Positions 14,647-27,582 are shown, numbered from the stretch's first letter. The stretch: DNA of 64,000 nucleotides from a virus (IMGVR_UViG_3300035497_000258:32001-96000); one strand, 5' to 3'. Numbers and translations are program-made. Notes: generated by a model from the letters alone, not told the origin.

Positions 14647-15162
14647 TTAATCACGACCAGCAATATCTTTAATTGCGGAAAGCTGCTCAAGGCCTTCACC
14701 ATTCTTGATATTTTCTAAAATAGCCTTGATTTGCTCGCTCATAGAGCCAGTGTCCTCGCTCAGATTACCCATCATTCCCGCAAAAGACTGGTTATAACGT
14801 GTAATATCACTAGCTGTAGTATACACGCAGTCCCGCAGAAATGCAAGTTCTTCACCCGGGATACCAATATAAATCTTCTCGATGATATGATTACTAGCTA
14901 ACTTATCATAAATATCATAAATCTTTAGACTATCATCGATCTCGATATCAGTATACCACTTAGCAAGCGCCACGTCAAAGAAAGACTTTAGAACCACAGG
15001 ACTAAAATTAAATGTATTCTCATCCATAGAGTTTTGAATAACATAGTTAATAAATTCAATCTTACTTTGCAGCGGCACATATCTCTTAATTTCAAAATCA
15101 CCATAATCCGAGGTCATAGGATTGGTATTATTAGTTACAGGAAGGTCAGAAAGCTTAATCAT
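14647..15162 (-). CDS. Probable tail assembly chaperone
   Basis: 171-aa acidic ORF immediately upstream of the tape measure; assigned by position. Confidence 0.5.
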   Translation of the reverse strand: MIKLSDLPVTNNTNPMTSDYGDFEIKRYVPLQSKIEFINYVIQNSMDENTFNFSPVVLKSFFDVALAKWYTDIEIDDSLKIYDIYDKLASNHIIEKIYIGIPGEELAFLRDCVYTTASDITRYNQSFAGMMGNLSEDTGSMSEQIKAILENIKNGEGLEQLSAIKDIAGRD

Positions 15163-15211
15163 TTTACATTCTCCTTTTTCTCTTTTGTTTTATTATAACA
15201 AATTTTTATAG

Positions 15212-16603
15212 TTAATTCAAAAAAATATTTATACCATCAGATTTTTTTACAAATTTTTCTAGGTTGTCAATATTTAGTTTTCCATATGATTTAATTGCGT
15301 ATATAGCTGCTTTAACTTCTCTAATTCTTTTTAGCTTGGCATAATTATTATTATCATACCCACCATACCATTTATTCTATACACGCTCTATAACTATAGT
15401 AAATCCATCTCTATTACCATACTCTCGTTTTCCGGCACTTTGAACTTGATTAATCTATTCTACTATAGCACTAATGATGCCTAGCATAGAATAAGCTTTA
15501 AAATCATGTATTAAAATTCGCTATACTTCTTGCTAGTTTGTACCAACTATATATTTTTCTGCCATTTCATTAATTAAATCTCCACGGATAATTCTATAGT
15601 TCTAATCTAATGTAGCATTTGCTCCAGACCCAAAAGCTAAAGTATTATAAATCTAATAGTCTACTAAAGCACCATTTCCGTAGAGTGAGTGTAACAATGG
15701 CATGACTTGAGAATACTAGCCTGAATATGACACCATCTTTGTAGGACCGCTATTACGATAAGCTTTAACAGAAGCATAATTCTATACGTTCATATCTGTC
15801 ATAAATTCAAGTGTTTTATCATTTAATTTACTATAAGCAGAATAATTAAAACCTTCTCCACCAAAAGTAATATCAGCAGCCTTAGAAAATGTATTACCAT
15901 CATCTACTTGGCTGCCACTTGTGCCAGTTAGTCCTTTTGTTGTAGCGACAAAATTTCCTATCTAATTTAATGCCATACCCTAAGCAGAACTTGCTACAAC
16001 TAGAGCTAAAGCCTCAGAAGTAGGAGTTAAAGCATTAGATAGCCAACCTACATCATAGCTATCTTTACCCTTTTTCATAGAAGATTTAATTAATGCTAAA
16101 AAGTTCTTTAATCTTAGGACCTATTGTACGCTACTTTCTTGAATTTCATTAGGATTTTCAATCATGCCTAATAAAACAGAAGCAGAACTCTCATTAGCCT
16201 AAAATACACTTAATAAATCATTTAAAGCTTCCGCTGCAGCCTGGGTATCTGTCCCTTTCAAGGCATCCTCAAGAGAACCTACAGCCGAGTTATAATTACC
16301 TATTAAACTACTAGCCTACTCTGCTGCTTCATTATATTTTTTAACTACAGCTACTTCTATGGCTTTTTCCATGCGCTCAAACTTCGCCAAATCCATAGCT
16401 TGAATATATTCCTATTTAGTGGTTCCTGCGTTCTAACTAGCTAGCTACGCCCGCAAAGCCTGAAGATATCTAGTTTTTATTTTCTTAAAAGAACTACCTG
16501 CGGACTGGCCGTATGCACGTAGCGTACCACCTTGGTAATTTTCTGCATGACCGTGAATATTAATTACTTTTTCCTCGCCATACTAAAATACATATTTAGC
16601 CAT
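15212..16603 (-). CDS. Hypothetical tail-region protein (463 aa), TAG=Gln
   Basis: ATG with GGAGG RBS at 16603, in frame with TAA at 15212; absent from the track because of TAG codons. Confidence 0.65.
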
Positions 16604-16625
16604 AATTTCCTCCAAAAACGAAGAA

Positions 16626-16650
16626 AAGGGAGGGTATAAACCCTCCCTTA
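16626..16650 (-). terminator. Terminator after major tail gene
   Basis: AAGGGAGGG-tataaa-CCCTCCCTT plus T-run on the minus strand. Confidence 0.6.
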
Positions 16651-16734
16651 ATTAATCATCTTCATATTCGTCAACATTATCTTGACTATTGATTTCTTCT
16701 TCTTTTTGCTCGTCAGAAATCATAGACCGAGCGT

Positions 16735-17954
16735 TTAACCCCCCGATGTCTCGGAGTCCGCAGGCTTTTCAACAATGCCCTTCTCGCAATCACGTATTAA
16801 ATCAACATCAAGTTCATCTTCATCAATCACCTGAATCAGAGCCAAAACTTTATTATCGCTAAATTTCGTATAAGCGGGGAAAGCATCAACCACAAAGTTA
16901 AAAGTAGAAGGATCACCGCTAGAAGCCATACTAAATGTAAAGTTAGACTGGACTTTACCATTAGGAATAATAAACTCAGCAGGCATATCTCTACCATCGC
17001 TCTCGCGTCTAAACAAGGTATCGCCTTCAATGTAGAAGTTGCCAGAGAAACTATCAGCAGTAATTTCCATCTACAGCGCACCACTCTTTTTTGCAACATA
17101 ATAATCAACTAAAATAATCTTATTAGCTTTAATCTTAGAACAAGTAATTGTAGTATTACCATTACTATAAGTTACTGCTGTAGGTACACAAGGTTCATCA
17201 GTAATATAACCATTATCATCAAGAACCATAATATACATATCCGCATTTTCATTATAATTATCACCAGCAGTTAAATTATTACAAGCGGTAATATGTTCAA
17301 GAGTAATAGTACCATCAACACTTGCTTTAATTTGAGAAGTAGAATGAACATAAACGGGAGCCTCATCTTTAGCAGAAATTAGTCTTGCACCAGATAAAAT
17401 GGAAAATCCTTCAGGAGTTAGTAAAGCATCTTCCATATTAAAAGTAAGAGTTTTCTCGCCGTCCCAAGCAATTAAGCGCGTGTTACCTCGACCCATTATT
17501 ATTCCAATAAGCTCGCTACAGCTTATTGCGTTCTCTTATGAACTGCTATATCTTTATATATACATATAGATTAGACTATATCTTTTTCTCTTATAGAGAA
17601 ATCTTCCATTTCGACCGCCAATCACTTGCGGCCTACGTCTTTCGACTAGTCGTTGAACCTTACTTGAATTCTATATCTTTAGTAAGATATTCAAGCCTTG
17701 GCTGCTGATTGCCTAGTGAGGATTTTTACTAGGTTTTCCAGCAATTAGAAAGATTTGCTAATTCTTATCACTAAGAATAGGGGCAATCATTTACCCTGGG
17801 CATAAACTGTGGTAACAGCACCTTCTAAGCTAGAAGTTTTTAAAGAATCAAAATAAATAACAGGCTCATTCTTTAAGAATTCTCTTGAACCAAGTCTCAT
17901 TCTGCTACGCGCACGGAAAACAACATTGCAAATCTCGCGCGATCCAAACCGCAT
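16735..17954 (-). CDS. Major tail (tube) protein, spliced (17954-17793 plus 17493-16735; 306 aa), one TAG=Gln
   Basis: Splicing restores TVYAQG-GRGNTRLIAWDGEK; C-terminal FTFSMASSGDPSTFNF motif; TAG at 17071-17073 joins the two track ORFs. Confidence 0.82.
17494..17792 (-). ncRNA. ORF-less group I intron (299 nt) in major tail gene
   Basis: Exon ends CAGGGT, intron ends in G; Q AATCAGCAGC, R TTCAACGACTA, S AAGATATAGTC. Confidence 0.92.
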
Positions 17955-17968
17955 AATTAATTTCCTCC

Positions 17969-18706
17969 TTAATGAATATTTTTCATCCAATTTTCTACTT
18001 GTTCTTCAGGTTTGCCACCCGCAAGTCGTGACTTCAAATCTACGTCCCAGCTTACTTGTAGCATATATCTATCAACCAGATCAAACAACTAAAAAACCGT
18101 TAAATTTAAACAATCCTATAGTGTCATAGAATTTAATCCTACTACCAAAATAGAAATGTATCTCGTTAAAACACTGCCCTAATCAGCAGATTTTATTTGT
18201 GCTATTTTGCGGCGAGAAGCTTCTAATTTATCAGCTATCTTCTTAGCTGCCGCATTAGCCGGATTATATACTATATCGTTATCTCCCTTAAATATCTACT
18301 TTGTACAAGAAACCTAATTTAATACATTCTAAAAAACTGAAAAGTTTGATTCATCTATTATGCTAGATTCTTTTTCTTTATTCATTAAAATAATGCTATT
18401 TGGAGTGACTAAAGTTTTACGATCCGGAAACAATAGCTACAAAGCAGTCAGAATAATTTGCTTTTTATCTTTAAACTCTGGCTGCATTAGTATTTTCATT
18501 AATACCTAAAAATTCGTAACAGTCTCTAAAAGAGACTCGTCCTAAATGAACTAACGTTTCTCTAAACATAAATACTATATAGCCTAAAAATAATCCTCCT
18601 CACCCATGAAGGCTATATCCTATAGAGTGGGAGGATGTAGTGTAAGCTATAATTCTGGAATAGGAATGTCAATTCCAGCCATTAAAGATAAAGTTAAATC
18701 TTTCAT
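17969..18706 (-). CDS. Hypothetical virion morphogenesis protein (245 aa), TAG=Gln
   Basis: ATG overlaps the upstream TGA; in frame with TAA at 17969 when TAG is read through. Confidence 0.65.
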
Positions 18707-19239
18707 TCAAGAGGATTAACTTCATCTTCATGTCCTCTAACTGCTAAATATCTTAATGTGATTCCGCCAAATTCATCATCATAAACATCCTAATCAGCAC
18801 CCATAAAATTTAATACTCCAATACCGGTTAAATGCTAACTATCTAACATAGAATCAATTTCACCAGCTATTCGGTACGGCCGCAGTTCATAATCTCCTAA
18901 ATCCCAATTAGCGAAATGACATATAATCTTAATTTCAACTACATGGTCTCGGTAGTAAGGATTTGAGGCATTAGGGGTAAAACTATCATAAGTAATACGT
19001 ATATAATTCAATTTATCTGAATTTACTACTATCTTAGGAATATTAGAAATATTTTTCTACTCAAATAATGATTTAATTTGTTCAGAAGTAAGATTTGGTT
19101 TTTTCTGCCAATCTTTTACATTATAATAAAGCAATTTAAGAACATCTTGATTACCGAGTATTTTATCCATGATAAGAGAAGTGTCCTTCGACATTCCTAA
19201 AAAACTGGACTTAGGATACTCGTAAAAATTCCTTTTCAT
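18703..19239 (-). CDS. Putative tail terminator/neck protein (178 aa), TAG=Gln
   Basis: Extends track ORF 19057-19239 through TAG; assigned by position. Confidence 0.6.
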
Positions 19240-19260
19240 TTCTCCTGTTTCTCCTATCTA

Positions 19261-20250
19261 TTAAAACAAAGATTCAACTACGATTACTTTCTCTCGTAAT
19301 ATATCATCTTTGGACCATTGTAAAGTAAACTATCCACTTACAGACTTTAACCAAGTTAAAGAAATAGTTTTATCATCAACTGGTATAATTTCTACTGGAG
19401 CTTTTTCTTTAACACACCAAACACCACCTTCATCCGAGCTATATTGTTCTGCGATTTTGGGTTTGATGAATGTTAAACCTTCAATTCCACTATTAGGCAT
19501 AGAATCAACAGGTTCAATAATAAGACCATTCTTCATTTCATTTGTTTTATCATCTGTATCTCTATCTATATAGTACTCTTCTGCGTTAATTTCAATTATA
19601 TTTTTCATACTAATTGAATCAACCGCTTGTACCTACCAACATTTTCCAGCAAACAGAAATTCAGAATAACGGTCAAAAGCCTAGATAGTTTTATCATTCT
19701 ACGGGAGTAAAATATTCAAACTCCAGTTAGGTCTATCAACTCGTATTTGATTCTTCTGGATAGATTCAATCTACGTTTCAACAGGACCTCTTATAGCTGC
19801 CCAAGTAGAATACCAGTTACCAGAAGCATCTTTAAATTTTAATTTATATTTGCATTGTCTAATTTCCCCTCTGAAATAAGCATCCTCAGTCAACTACTAA
19901 AGATAAATAATCCAGAAGGTCTAAGTACCAACCCAACAAAATACATCACCGAGTTGATAATTATATTTATAATCAATAGAGAGAATCTTATCATCATAAT
20001 CTTGTTTAACTTTATCAGGATTAATCAAAGCTCTATAGACTTCGTTAATTTGCATATCCTAATCAAGAGAAGAATCATCTTCGCTTAAGCACTCGCTATA
20101 AGGTTGTACTAAAGTGACATCACAACCTTGATAAGAATATAACAAACTCTTTAGAAAAGTATTATACTTATCTTGAATCATGCGGGCTTCCTGCTAAATG
20201 CCGCCTTGATACTCGAGGCGTTTCCGCATCATATCATAATTAGTAGTCAC
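19261..20250 (-). CDS. Putative head-closure/neck protein (329 aa), TAG=Gln
   Basis: GTG start; includes track ORF 19330-19608; needs TAG read-through. Confidence 0.6.
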
Positions 20251-20551
20251 TACTTTTCACCGCCTTCGCCATAATATCTATACAGCGAAAAACTGTTTTG
20301 CGATAAATCATGAAATCATCGCAAATCTCGCTTTTTAATCCCTCTAGCTTAGATAGCAAAATCAAAAAATCTAGCTCACTAGAAAATACTTCCTGGAGTC
20401 CCGCAATTTCTTCAATAATAGTATTGAGATGATTCTCCCAATTTTCACTATTTTCTCGCATTGGAATTAGCTTCCAAATCTAATTAATAAGCCTGCGGGA
20501 ATCGACAGAAACGGTACTGTCATTAATCTCAAAGTTATACTTAGTTATCAT
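20240..20551 (-). CDS. Hypothetical head-tail connector region protein (103 aa), TAG=Gln
   Basis: Extends track ORF 20240-20461 upstream through one TAG to an ATG overlapping the previous gene. Confidence 0.6.
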
Positions 20552-21044
20552 CTAAAGCACTCGTTTCTATTAAAGTAGACCAATTAGACTTTACTGATCC
20601 ATTAGAATCAATATATTTGCGACGTTTGTATAAACGCTGCATATGTCTATCTTGTCGTTCAGCCTCTTGTTTAAGTTTCATAAGCTTGTCCAGATGATTC
20701 GCCTAGCTCGTCATCTTATAGTCCGCTCCCGAGTATTTCATCCGCACGTTTTCTATAGATGCTATCTATCTTTGTAACCAGGTATTATACATAAGATGAG
20801 CGAGGATATTAACTTCCTCGCTCGTTAAATGACAATTAAATTCTAAATTCTCTGTATTGTAATCATATAATGGGAATCGAGGAAATTCAAAGCCAGGAAT
20901 GGCGTCAAGTAGAATATTAAGAAGATCCTTCTCAGTATCTTCTTTAGTCCAAATGAAATACATATCATCTGTTATTTTACCAAAGAACCGGTCATAAATT
21001 TCCTAGAAAGAGGTATTGGTTCCAGTAATTGGATATTCTGCCAT
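20541..21044 (-). CDS. Putative head-tail adaptor (167 aa), TAG=Gln
   Basis: GGAGG RBS; includes track ORF 20766-20963; located downstream of the MCP. Confidence 0.6.
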
Positions 21045-21058
21045 TTTTTGGCACCTCC

Positions 21059-21610
21059 TCATTCTCCGTCTTTAGGAATCACCAAAGCTTCCTTTTTAGC
21101 ATAACTAGGCGTAGCGACACGTCTCTTAGAAGTTTCGACTTCTTCAACCTTATCTTCTTTTGATGCCTCATTCAAAGCAATAGCAGAAGTAACATTAAAT
21201 CCAAGAAAATCTAAAACTGCCTGCCGTTTATTCACATCATTCAAAGGAACTGAAACTGAATACTTCTTAATTAAATCTTTAACTCCAACAGGAGCGAACT
21301 GTAAAGCATCCTTAAACTCATCTAAAGAACATTCATTAATCCAGGTAGGAATAATATCTTCGGTAAGCCAATATTCAGGCTCTTCTGTCAGATTAAGCCC
21401 TTCATGGATAGCTTCCTTGTTCTGAATCAAAAGGAAGTTATACAGCAGTTCTCTTCCGCCAGGTTGTGCGGCGACCGCAGTTATCTCACCGTATTCGACC
21501 TACTTGGTCTCCTTCGGATAGAATTCTCTGCGGATTCCCCGTTCAGGAATGATATAAACCACTGAACCTTCGCTACGATTAGTTATCTTAATCATATCTG
21601 TACTCTTCAT
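21059..21610 (-). CDS. Hypothetical protein downstream of MCP (183 aa), TAG=Gln
   Basis: AGGAG RBS and ATG at 21610; joins track ORF 21059-21430 through TAG. Confidence 0.7.
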
Positions 21611-21632
21611 TTTTTATCTCCTTTTACTCAGC

Positions 21633-21666
21633 GGTTAGGAGGGGATTAACCCCTCCTACCTTTTTA
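21633..21666 (-). terminator. Hairpin after MCP
   Basis: TAGGAGGGG-attaa-CCCCTCCTA inverted repeat. Confidence 0.5.
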
Positions 21667-21669
21667 TAA

Positions 21670-22701
21670 TCAAGCTCCGATAGTATCCAGCTTACCAGCC
21701 AGAGTAGTATCCACGTAGGAGCAAATATTGTTAGTCAGCATCACACCAACGCCCACCTTACGATAGACCTGGATATCACGAGACCAATCCTCATTCTCGC
21801 GCTCGCGCACATTGGTATTACCCTCAAAGGCAATCTTCACGGGCTTCATATTAGCGCCAGCGGGAATAACCCAAGCATAACCGGGGTCAATAACTTTACG
21901 GCTGTTGGTTTCATCCTCATAAGACTGGGGCAGAACGATAACCTGACAACCCTTATAATTGCCCAGATAACCCTGATTCCAACGGGTATCACGCATATTA
22001 TCAGAAACCCAGCCGGTCTCAGGCACCATCTTCACTGCAAATTCATAAGTGCAGTAAATAGTAGGCTGACCATAGGCAGAAGCAACCTGAATCAGACGGT
22101 CCATAGAAGCCTCATCAAAACGGTTGGTAGAAACTTTATTAGCTGCAGGGAGCTGGTTAATAGAACTCATAAGAGCACGGGCAATCTCACGATAGATTAA
22201 ATCATCCATGCCTTCCATGATAATATTTGTGACTTCTGCGAAATCGGCACGACCATCGAGAAATTCCTCAAAACCAATTTGAGCAGCGCCGCCAATAGCA
22301 TTGGTCTGCACTTCAAAGCTCTCCCCGCCCAGCTTAAAGACTTCATACACGCCAGCCAGACCAACATGGGTCACGAACTGCTTAGCACGCATATGGCCCA
22401 TACGGCGAGTAAACACAGGACGATCGCCCTGAGCAAAAGTCTTAGTCTCAGCGAACTGACCATAACGCTCAAGAACACGAGTAGGAAGAATATCATTCAT
22501 AGTCTCCTCAATCAGAGAGAAAATAGTATTCTTATTCTCACGGTACAGAGCATTAGTACCAGCGAGCTCATTCAGCTCATTCCGCAAAGTCTCATTTAGT
22601 GCCCCGTAGGTCATAGAAACACCATTCACGCTATAAGTGCCGGAGGGATTAGCCTTCGCCACAGTTTTCATTAAAGATAAAAGGTCATTATACTGTAACA
22701 T
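21670..22701 (-). CDS. Major capsid protein (343 aa), no in-frame TAG
   Basis: Size and position after the scaffold and decoration genes; strongly biased codon usage; downstream hairpin. Confidence 0.85.
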   Translation of the reverse strand: MLQYNDLLSLMKTVAKANPSGTYSVNGVSMTYGALNETLRNELNELAGTNALYRENKNTIFSLIEETMNDILPTRVLERYGQFAETKTFAQGDRPVFTRRMGHMRAKQFVTHVGLAGVYEVFKLGGESFEVQTNAIGGAAQIGFEEFLDGRADFAEVTNIIMEGMDDLIYREIARALMSSINQLPAANKVSTNRFDEASMDRLIQVASAYGQPTIYCTYEFAVKMVPETGWVSDNMRDTRWNQGYLGNYKGCQVIVLPQSYEDETNSRKVIDPGYAWVIPAGANMKPVKIAFEGNTNVRERENEDWSRDIQVYRKVGVGVMLTNNICSYVDTTLAGKLDTIGA

Positions 22702-22718
22702 TATCTATCTCTCCTTTC

Positions 22719-23369
22719 TCAAGCAATGCGCTGAAGCTTAACGGCGGGCTGGTTATCAGCCAGAGTATAAACCTTAACAACCTGGAAGGTAGGACCTTCC
22801 TCGTCACCAGACTTACAAAGGAAGCCATCAGAACCGACAGTCAGCTTATCACCTTTATCCAGAGAAGCCTCATTCACGCCATTGGTAGTAAAAATATCAC
22901 CCACATTGGTCTTAATAACACGGGGGAACATCTTCTGACCATCGTCAAGATACTGAGGATAATCATAAGCAGGAATCTGAATAGTAGCACCTTCATCAGA
23001 ATTCTCTCTGACAGCCTCCTCACTGTGGTCAAGCACGGTCAGAAGATCAGAGCTACTCTAACCAACAGGGCTATAAACACGAGCATTGTAATTCTGCTTA
23101 ATCATAGCAAAATCCTCGTACTGCTGACGATCCTCATAAAGCTTAACCTCATTAAAGACCATCATCCACTCGCCATCACCAGTGAAATTAACCTCGCCAT
23201 TAGCATAATCATACTTCACAAACTGGCCATTCTCTAAAATATTAATATCAGCGGCAGCAGGTAACTGGGCATAGATTTGACCAGTGCGCTGTGCAGACAG
23301 GTGGTTAGGCTCAACTTGAGAATAACCACGCTTAACAAAGCTAGCGCCGCTTAAACGTGTAATTGCCAT
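22719..23369 (-). CDS. Capsid decoration/auxiliary head protein (216 aa), one TAG=Gln
   Basis: Track ORFs 23058-23369 and 22719-23036 are in frame across GGT TAG AGT; YSQVEPNHLSAQRTGQIYAQLPA...LENGQFVKYD motif. Confidence 0.75.
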
Positions 23370-23389
23370 TATTACATTTCCTCCTTATT

Positions 23390-24700
23390 TTAATTCATTT
23401 TTGATTCAGTATCTTTAACAGCCTGAATCCAAGCAGGGATAACAGAATCCTGCTCAACTTCTGATAAACTAAATGTCACACCAGGCTTTTCCTCTTCTTC
23501 TTGAGAGAAATTAACTCTATTGCGTACGCAAGCAATAGATAGTTTAGCCTCAATGTCATCTAAAGAATAATTATCAATATTAGCTTGAACATCTGCTTTA
23601 TCTTCATCAGAAAGCATATAGAAGCTATTAATCATATTCTGCTTATCTTCATGCTCTTTAGCAAGTTTAAACTCCTTGAGAGGAGAAATCTCAGCTTGAA
23701 GTGCGGAAACGGTAGCTTCGAGCTGCGCGTATTCTGAAGTTAAAGCGTCGAACTTTTCCTTCAGCTCCGCATACTCAGTAACTTCGTCAAGATTATACTT
23801 CTTTTCGTCCTTACATTCATGCTTAGTTTCATTCTTCTTCTCTTTCTCATCCTCCGCAGGTTCAGACTTAGGGTCCTCTTCCTTCTCTTCGGGCTCAGAG
23901 TTCTTCTTATCTTCAGGCTTCTTATCATCTTCGGCCTTAGCATAAGAATCTGTATCAATCGTATTGACTAAAGACTCACTCGACTCAACAACATTAATAG
24001 CTGCTGTTGTATTAATTTGTTCCATCTTGTATTCTGTACCTCCTTTACTTAAAGCTTCTTGTAATTCTTGTACCATCGAGTACATTTCAGCTTTAAAATC
24101 TTGTAGAGAAAATTCAGATTTAATCTACGCACCTTCGAAACAAGGTTCGACATTCTCTCCAAGAATACATAGTTTTTCAATCAATGCTTCACTATAAATA
24201 AAAAATCTACTACCTAAATTTATATTTTCTGCCCAAGTTCCTTTTTGAGTTTTACTATTAATTTCCATAGACTGATTATTACCTTGCTCTATAATTCGCT
24301 TAGAGTCAGGATAAGCCTCAGTCCATAAATAGCCTTCTGTCACTAGATATTCTCTTTCAATACCTTCATCAGAAAATTTCTGAAACCAAACTTGAGCATT
24401 AGTAGGAACAAATCCATAGGGACGTGTAACATCAATGATAGACCACTTACCGTCCTTGATCTCCACTTCCCGCTCATGGGCTTCAAAATCCTTAGTATCT
24501 TGATTATAATAACCAACGATCGGACTTCCCGGCAGATTTCTTCCCATTTCAGTAGCAACTTCTTTTGTTATAACTGTATGGTTCCTATTAGGTTGTTGAC
24601 CAACATAACAGACTTTAATCTAACAATGACTAATTAAAGGACTAATCTTTGTCATTTCAATAAATTCCATTGTTGAATCAACAGGAATACTAATATGCAA
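23390..24700 (-). CDS. Prohead protease/scaffold protein (436 aa), TAG=Gln
   Basis: TTG start with RBS; N-terminal protease-like part (PIVGYY, YLWT, QSMEI, LCILGENVEPCFEGA) fused through TAG 24125-24127 to an acidic coiled-coil scaffold. Confidence 0.8.
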
Positions 24701-24719
24701 CGTCAATCCCTCCTTTCAA

Positions 24720-26306
24720 TTAGCTCATTGCTTCACGATTCTGCAATGTTTTATCAGACTTCTCGTCGTCAGCTTTCTCCGGCCGCCCCACTTCATTCTC
24801 ACTACTATTGTTTTTAGAGGTTGAAGAAGAATGTGCTGCTTGCTACTATTGCTGTAACACATTACTATTCATAGTATTACTAGACATAGGCGGCAGCATG
24901 ATTTCAGACAGATGGAGAATTTCATTCTCAAAATGAGCAGTAGCGATAATACTAGATTGAGAGTGACCTAAAGCTATCTGCGGCAACATCTTAGAATAAC
25001 CAATCTAGGTTTGCTCTTTATACATTTTAGCTATATCTTTATAATTATAAATCGTAGTTTCAAGAATCTCGATTCTAAAATTATATTGAGTTTTATCAAA
25101 ACGCTTAATAATTGTATTTAAAAGCATCTCAAATTGATATACTAAATCTCGCATAGTAGCTTCATCGTTTAAGATAGATTTTTCAAGAGCTGTATTACCT
25201 TCGGTATTAAACAAATTCTGTGAAACACCTAAATTATTATACACTGTTCTTTCTACTCTTTGCAAATCATCGCTGGTTGCAGTCGAGTTATCATCCTGCA
25301 TATCAGCTACTTCTGTATCAGCAAAAGTAGTAAGAACATCAACACCTACTGCTCTCTTCAACATAGTAACTGCATTATTGTGCAGATCTCGAGCTTCATC
25401 GAGGTCAAAGACCAAGTCTCCATTTTTGTCAATCGGCAGCTTTTGGATAACTATTTTCAAGAGCTACTGCATGGTCTTTTTACGGTCGAGTTCTTGTGCT
25501 TCGTCTAAGTCAATGATAGAAGGAATAGCTTGAATGAGAGGCGGAAAATCACTATCATTCAAGTTAAATTTAACTCCAACACCAGGATCAAGCATAAACC
25601 AGCCATAATCATCACCGACATCTTGCTTTAGTTTTCCCTCTTTAAACTTTATATAAGCTTTTTGTAATTCTTTGGGGAAAAGAGACAAGACTTTTAGACG
25701 ATACTAAACATTAGAGAAACAGGAGTCAAAGAATTGGAGATTAACCTCTACGATATCCTATCCATTTTTCTTAAATCTACTTCTACAATAACGTGCGGGA
25801 AGCTGCTAAACCTAGAAGCTACTGCCCTCGTCAACTAGATATCCGTAATAAACACCATCTTTTACTACTGCTAAAGCTATATCGCCAAGAACCTTCTTGA
25901 CGTTAGAATCATCAAAGTAAAATAAAACTTTAGTATAATCTTTAAGTAATTTACTATCATTAGCTTTATCTTTTGCAAATGGCGTTACGTGCCAATCGTA
26001 TCTATAAAGAAAAGCAAGATATTTACAAATTCGTTGATATATTCCGCTAGATTCATAATAGTAATTTGATATTTCTCTTAGAGTATTAATATCTTTGCGC
26101 TTGATAGTATTAAGGATAAAATTTTTATCACCATACTAGCGGTGTGCTTTCTTGAAGCTTCCAATATTTACAACCGCGTCTTCAAGCTTCTTCACACCTA
26201 TACGAACCGCATTATTCTCGGTAGGCACTTCATCTTCTAAAGAATATTGTACTCTACCAAACATATCAAATCCTTTATCATGGATCTCTTCTTGTCTACT
26301 TGCCAA
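24720..26306 (-). CDS. Portal protein (528 aa), TAG=Gln
   Basis: TTG start with AGGAGGTG RBS; track ORFs 25464-25688 and 25005-25460 are in frame; lies between TerL and the protease. Confidence 0.8.
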
Positions 26307-26318
26307 TATCTCACCTCC

Positions 26319-26679
26319 TTAATATCCAGCTTTTTTGAATATATAATCGTAGTTTACTCGTTCTTCTTCCCAATAAGGAATTTCAATTAGTTTTATATTA
26401 TGTTCAGCGCAATAAAGGCGTTTCTTTTCATCATTATACTTTTGTTGATATAAACCTTTAGTGCCGCCAAATTTACTAACTGCTTGATAATGTTGTTTAC
26501 CTTGATATTCAATTAGAAAATCAATACGTCCATCATCATCGAAAATGGCGAAGTCAAAGCTATCGAAGAGGATTACCATTAGTACTCAATAAATCAGGAA
26601 ATTCATATTCTTCTTGAAAGTTAATTTCATTAGCTTCTAAAATACGATAGATTCTAATTTCACCTCTGCTAGCCCTCAA
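26319..26679 (-). CDS. PD-(D/E)XK-like small nuclease with an internal +1 frameshift (programmed frameshift, pseudogene or sequence error)
   Basis: TTG start with GAGGAGGTG RBS: MRASRGEIRIYRIL...NGNPLR(TAG)L-TGA; the +1 frame continues FDFAIF...LIEYQGKQHY...DEKKRLYC..HNIKLIEIPYW. Confidence 0.65.
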
Positions 26680-27582
26680 TTACACCACCTCCTCATAAAA
26701 ACACCACTTTAATTTTTCTCCAGTTTCTGGGTGAATACCAGCTGTTTCTTTTTTACCTAAGCAACAAGCTTTAATGCTTTTTCCAGTATCGAATAGACTA
26801 GACCATTTAGCAGCAGAAAGCATAGAATTAAAGATCTAATTAGTATTTATACAAATAACCTTTATACTACGTTTATCTTTATACTATCTTGTGTCTATAT
26901 TTTCTACATCGTTAATATAAATCCAATGTAACGGTATCCCAGATTCAGGATGTTTGCCAGAGCTTTTTCGCTCACCCCTGCAGCATTGCCCTATTCCAGA
27001 AACACTTTTAAGACCGCACCAATTAGCGGCCTCTTTTATTGTTGTAAAAATTTTTCCAGTCTCTAAATTTTTAACAATTTTACTATTTGGATTTTTATCT
27101 CCTTGACATTCTTTAATGCGTTTCTCTCTTTTAATAGGATCATTCCAGAAATTTTTTACTCCTCGCTATAAATTTTCTTCAGCTTTTTGAGCGAATTCTT
27201 TATTAGACCAAGATTTCTTTCTAGCCTCAGAGAAGCTTTTACTCATTTTCGCTTTATATTCTGGATTTTTCCACATCTATTCCATATAATTATTTCCACC
27301 AGGAGTTAAATTATATCCTTTATCAGAGTTAAAACTATCATAATAAGCAATCCAATAAACTTCTCGTTCGTTGGCTTCTTGAAAAGTTAAATTATCTTCA
27401 ATAATTTCATGCGAAAAATTTTCCCATCCATACTTCTAAATTGCTTTCCAAAATAAAGTGCATCCTTTATAATAAATACCATTACAGCTAAATCGCTATT
27501 TAATATTTTGTGTCTAGCCTATATAGATTTTCCCGTTAGTTAAATTAGTATGTTTATATATACAATATTTCTTTTCTTCCAT
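26680..27582 (-). CDS. Free-standing GIY-YIG homing endonuclease with NUMOD-type C-terminal repeats (300 aa), TAG=Gln
   Basis: Missing from the track; reads YCIYKHTNLTNGKIYIGQT...R...AIQKYGWENF...EREVYWI...GYN, then two IFxxxxxAA.W...CC.G...G.HPE.G..L.W repeats. Confidence 0.88.
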
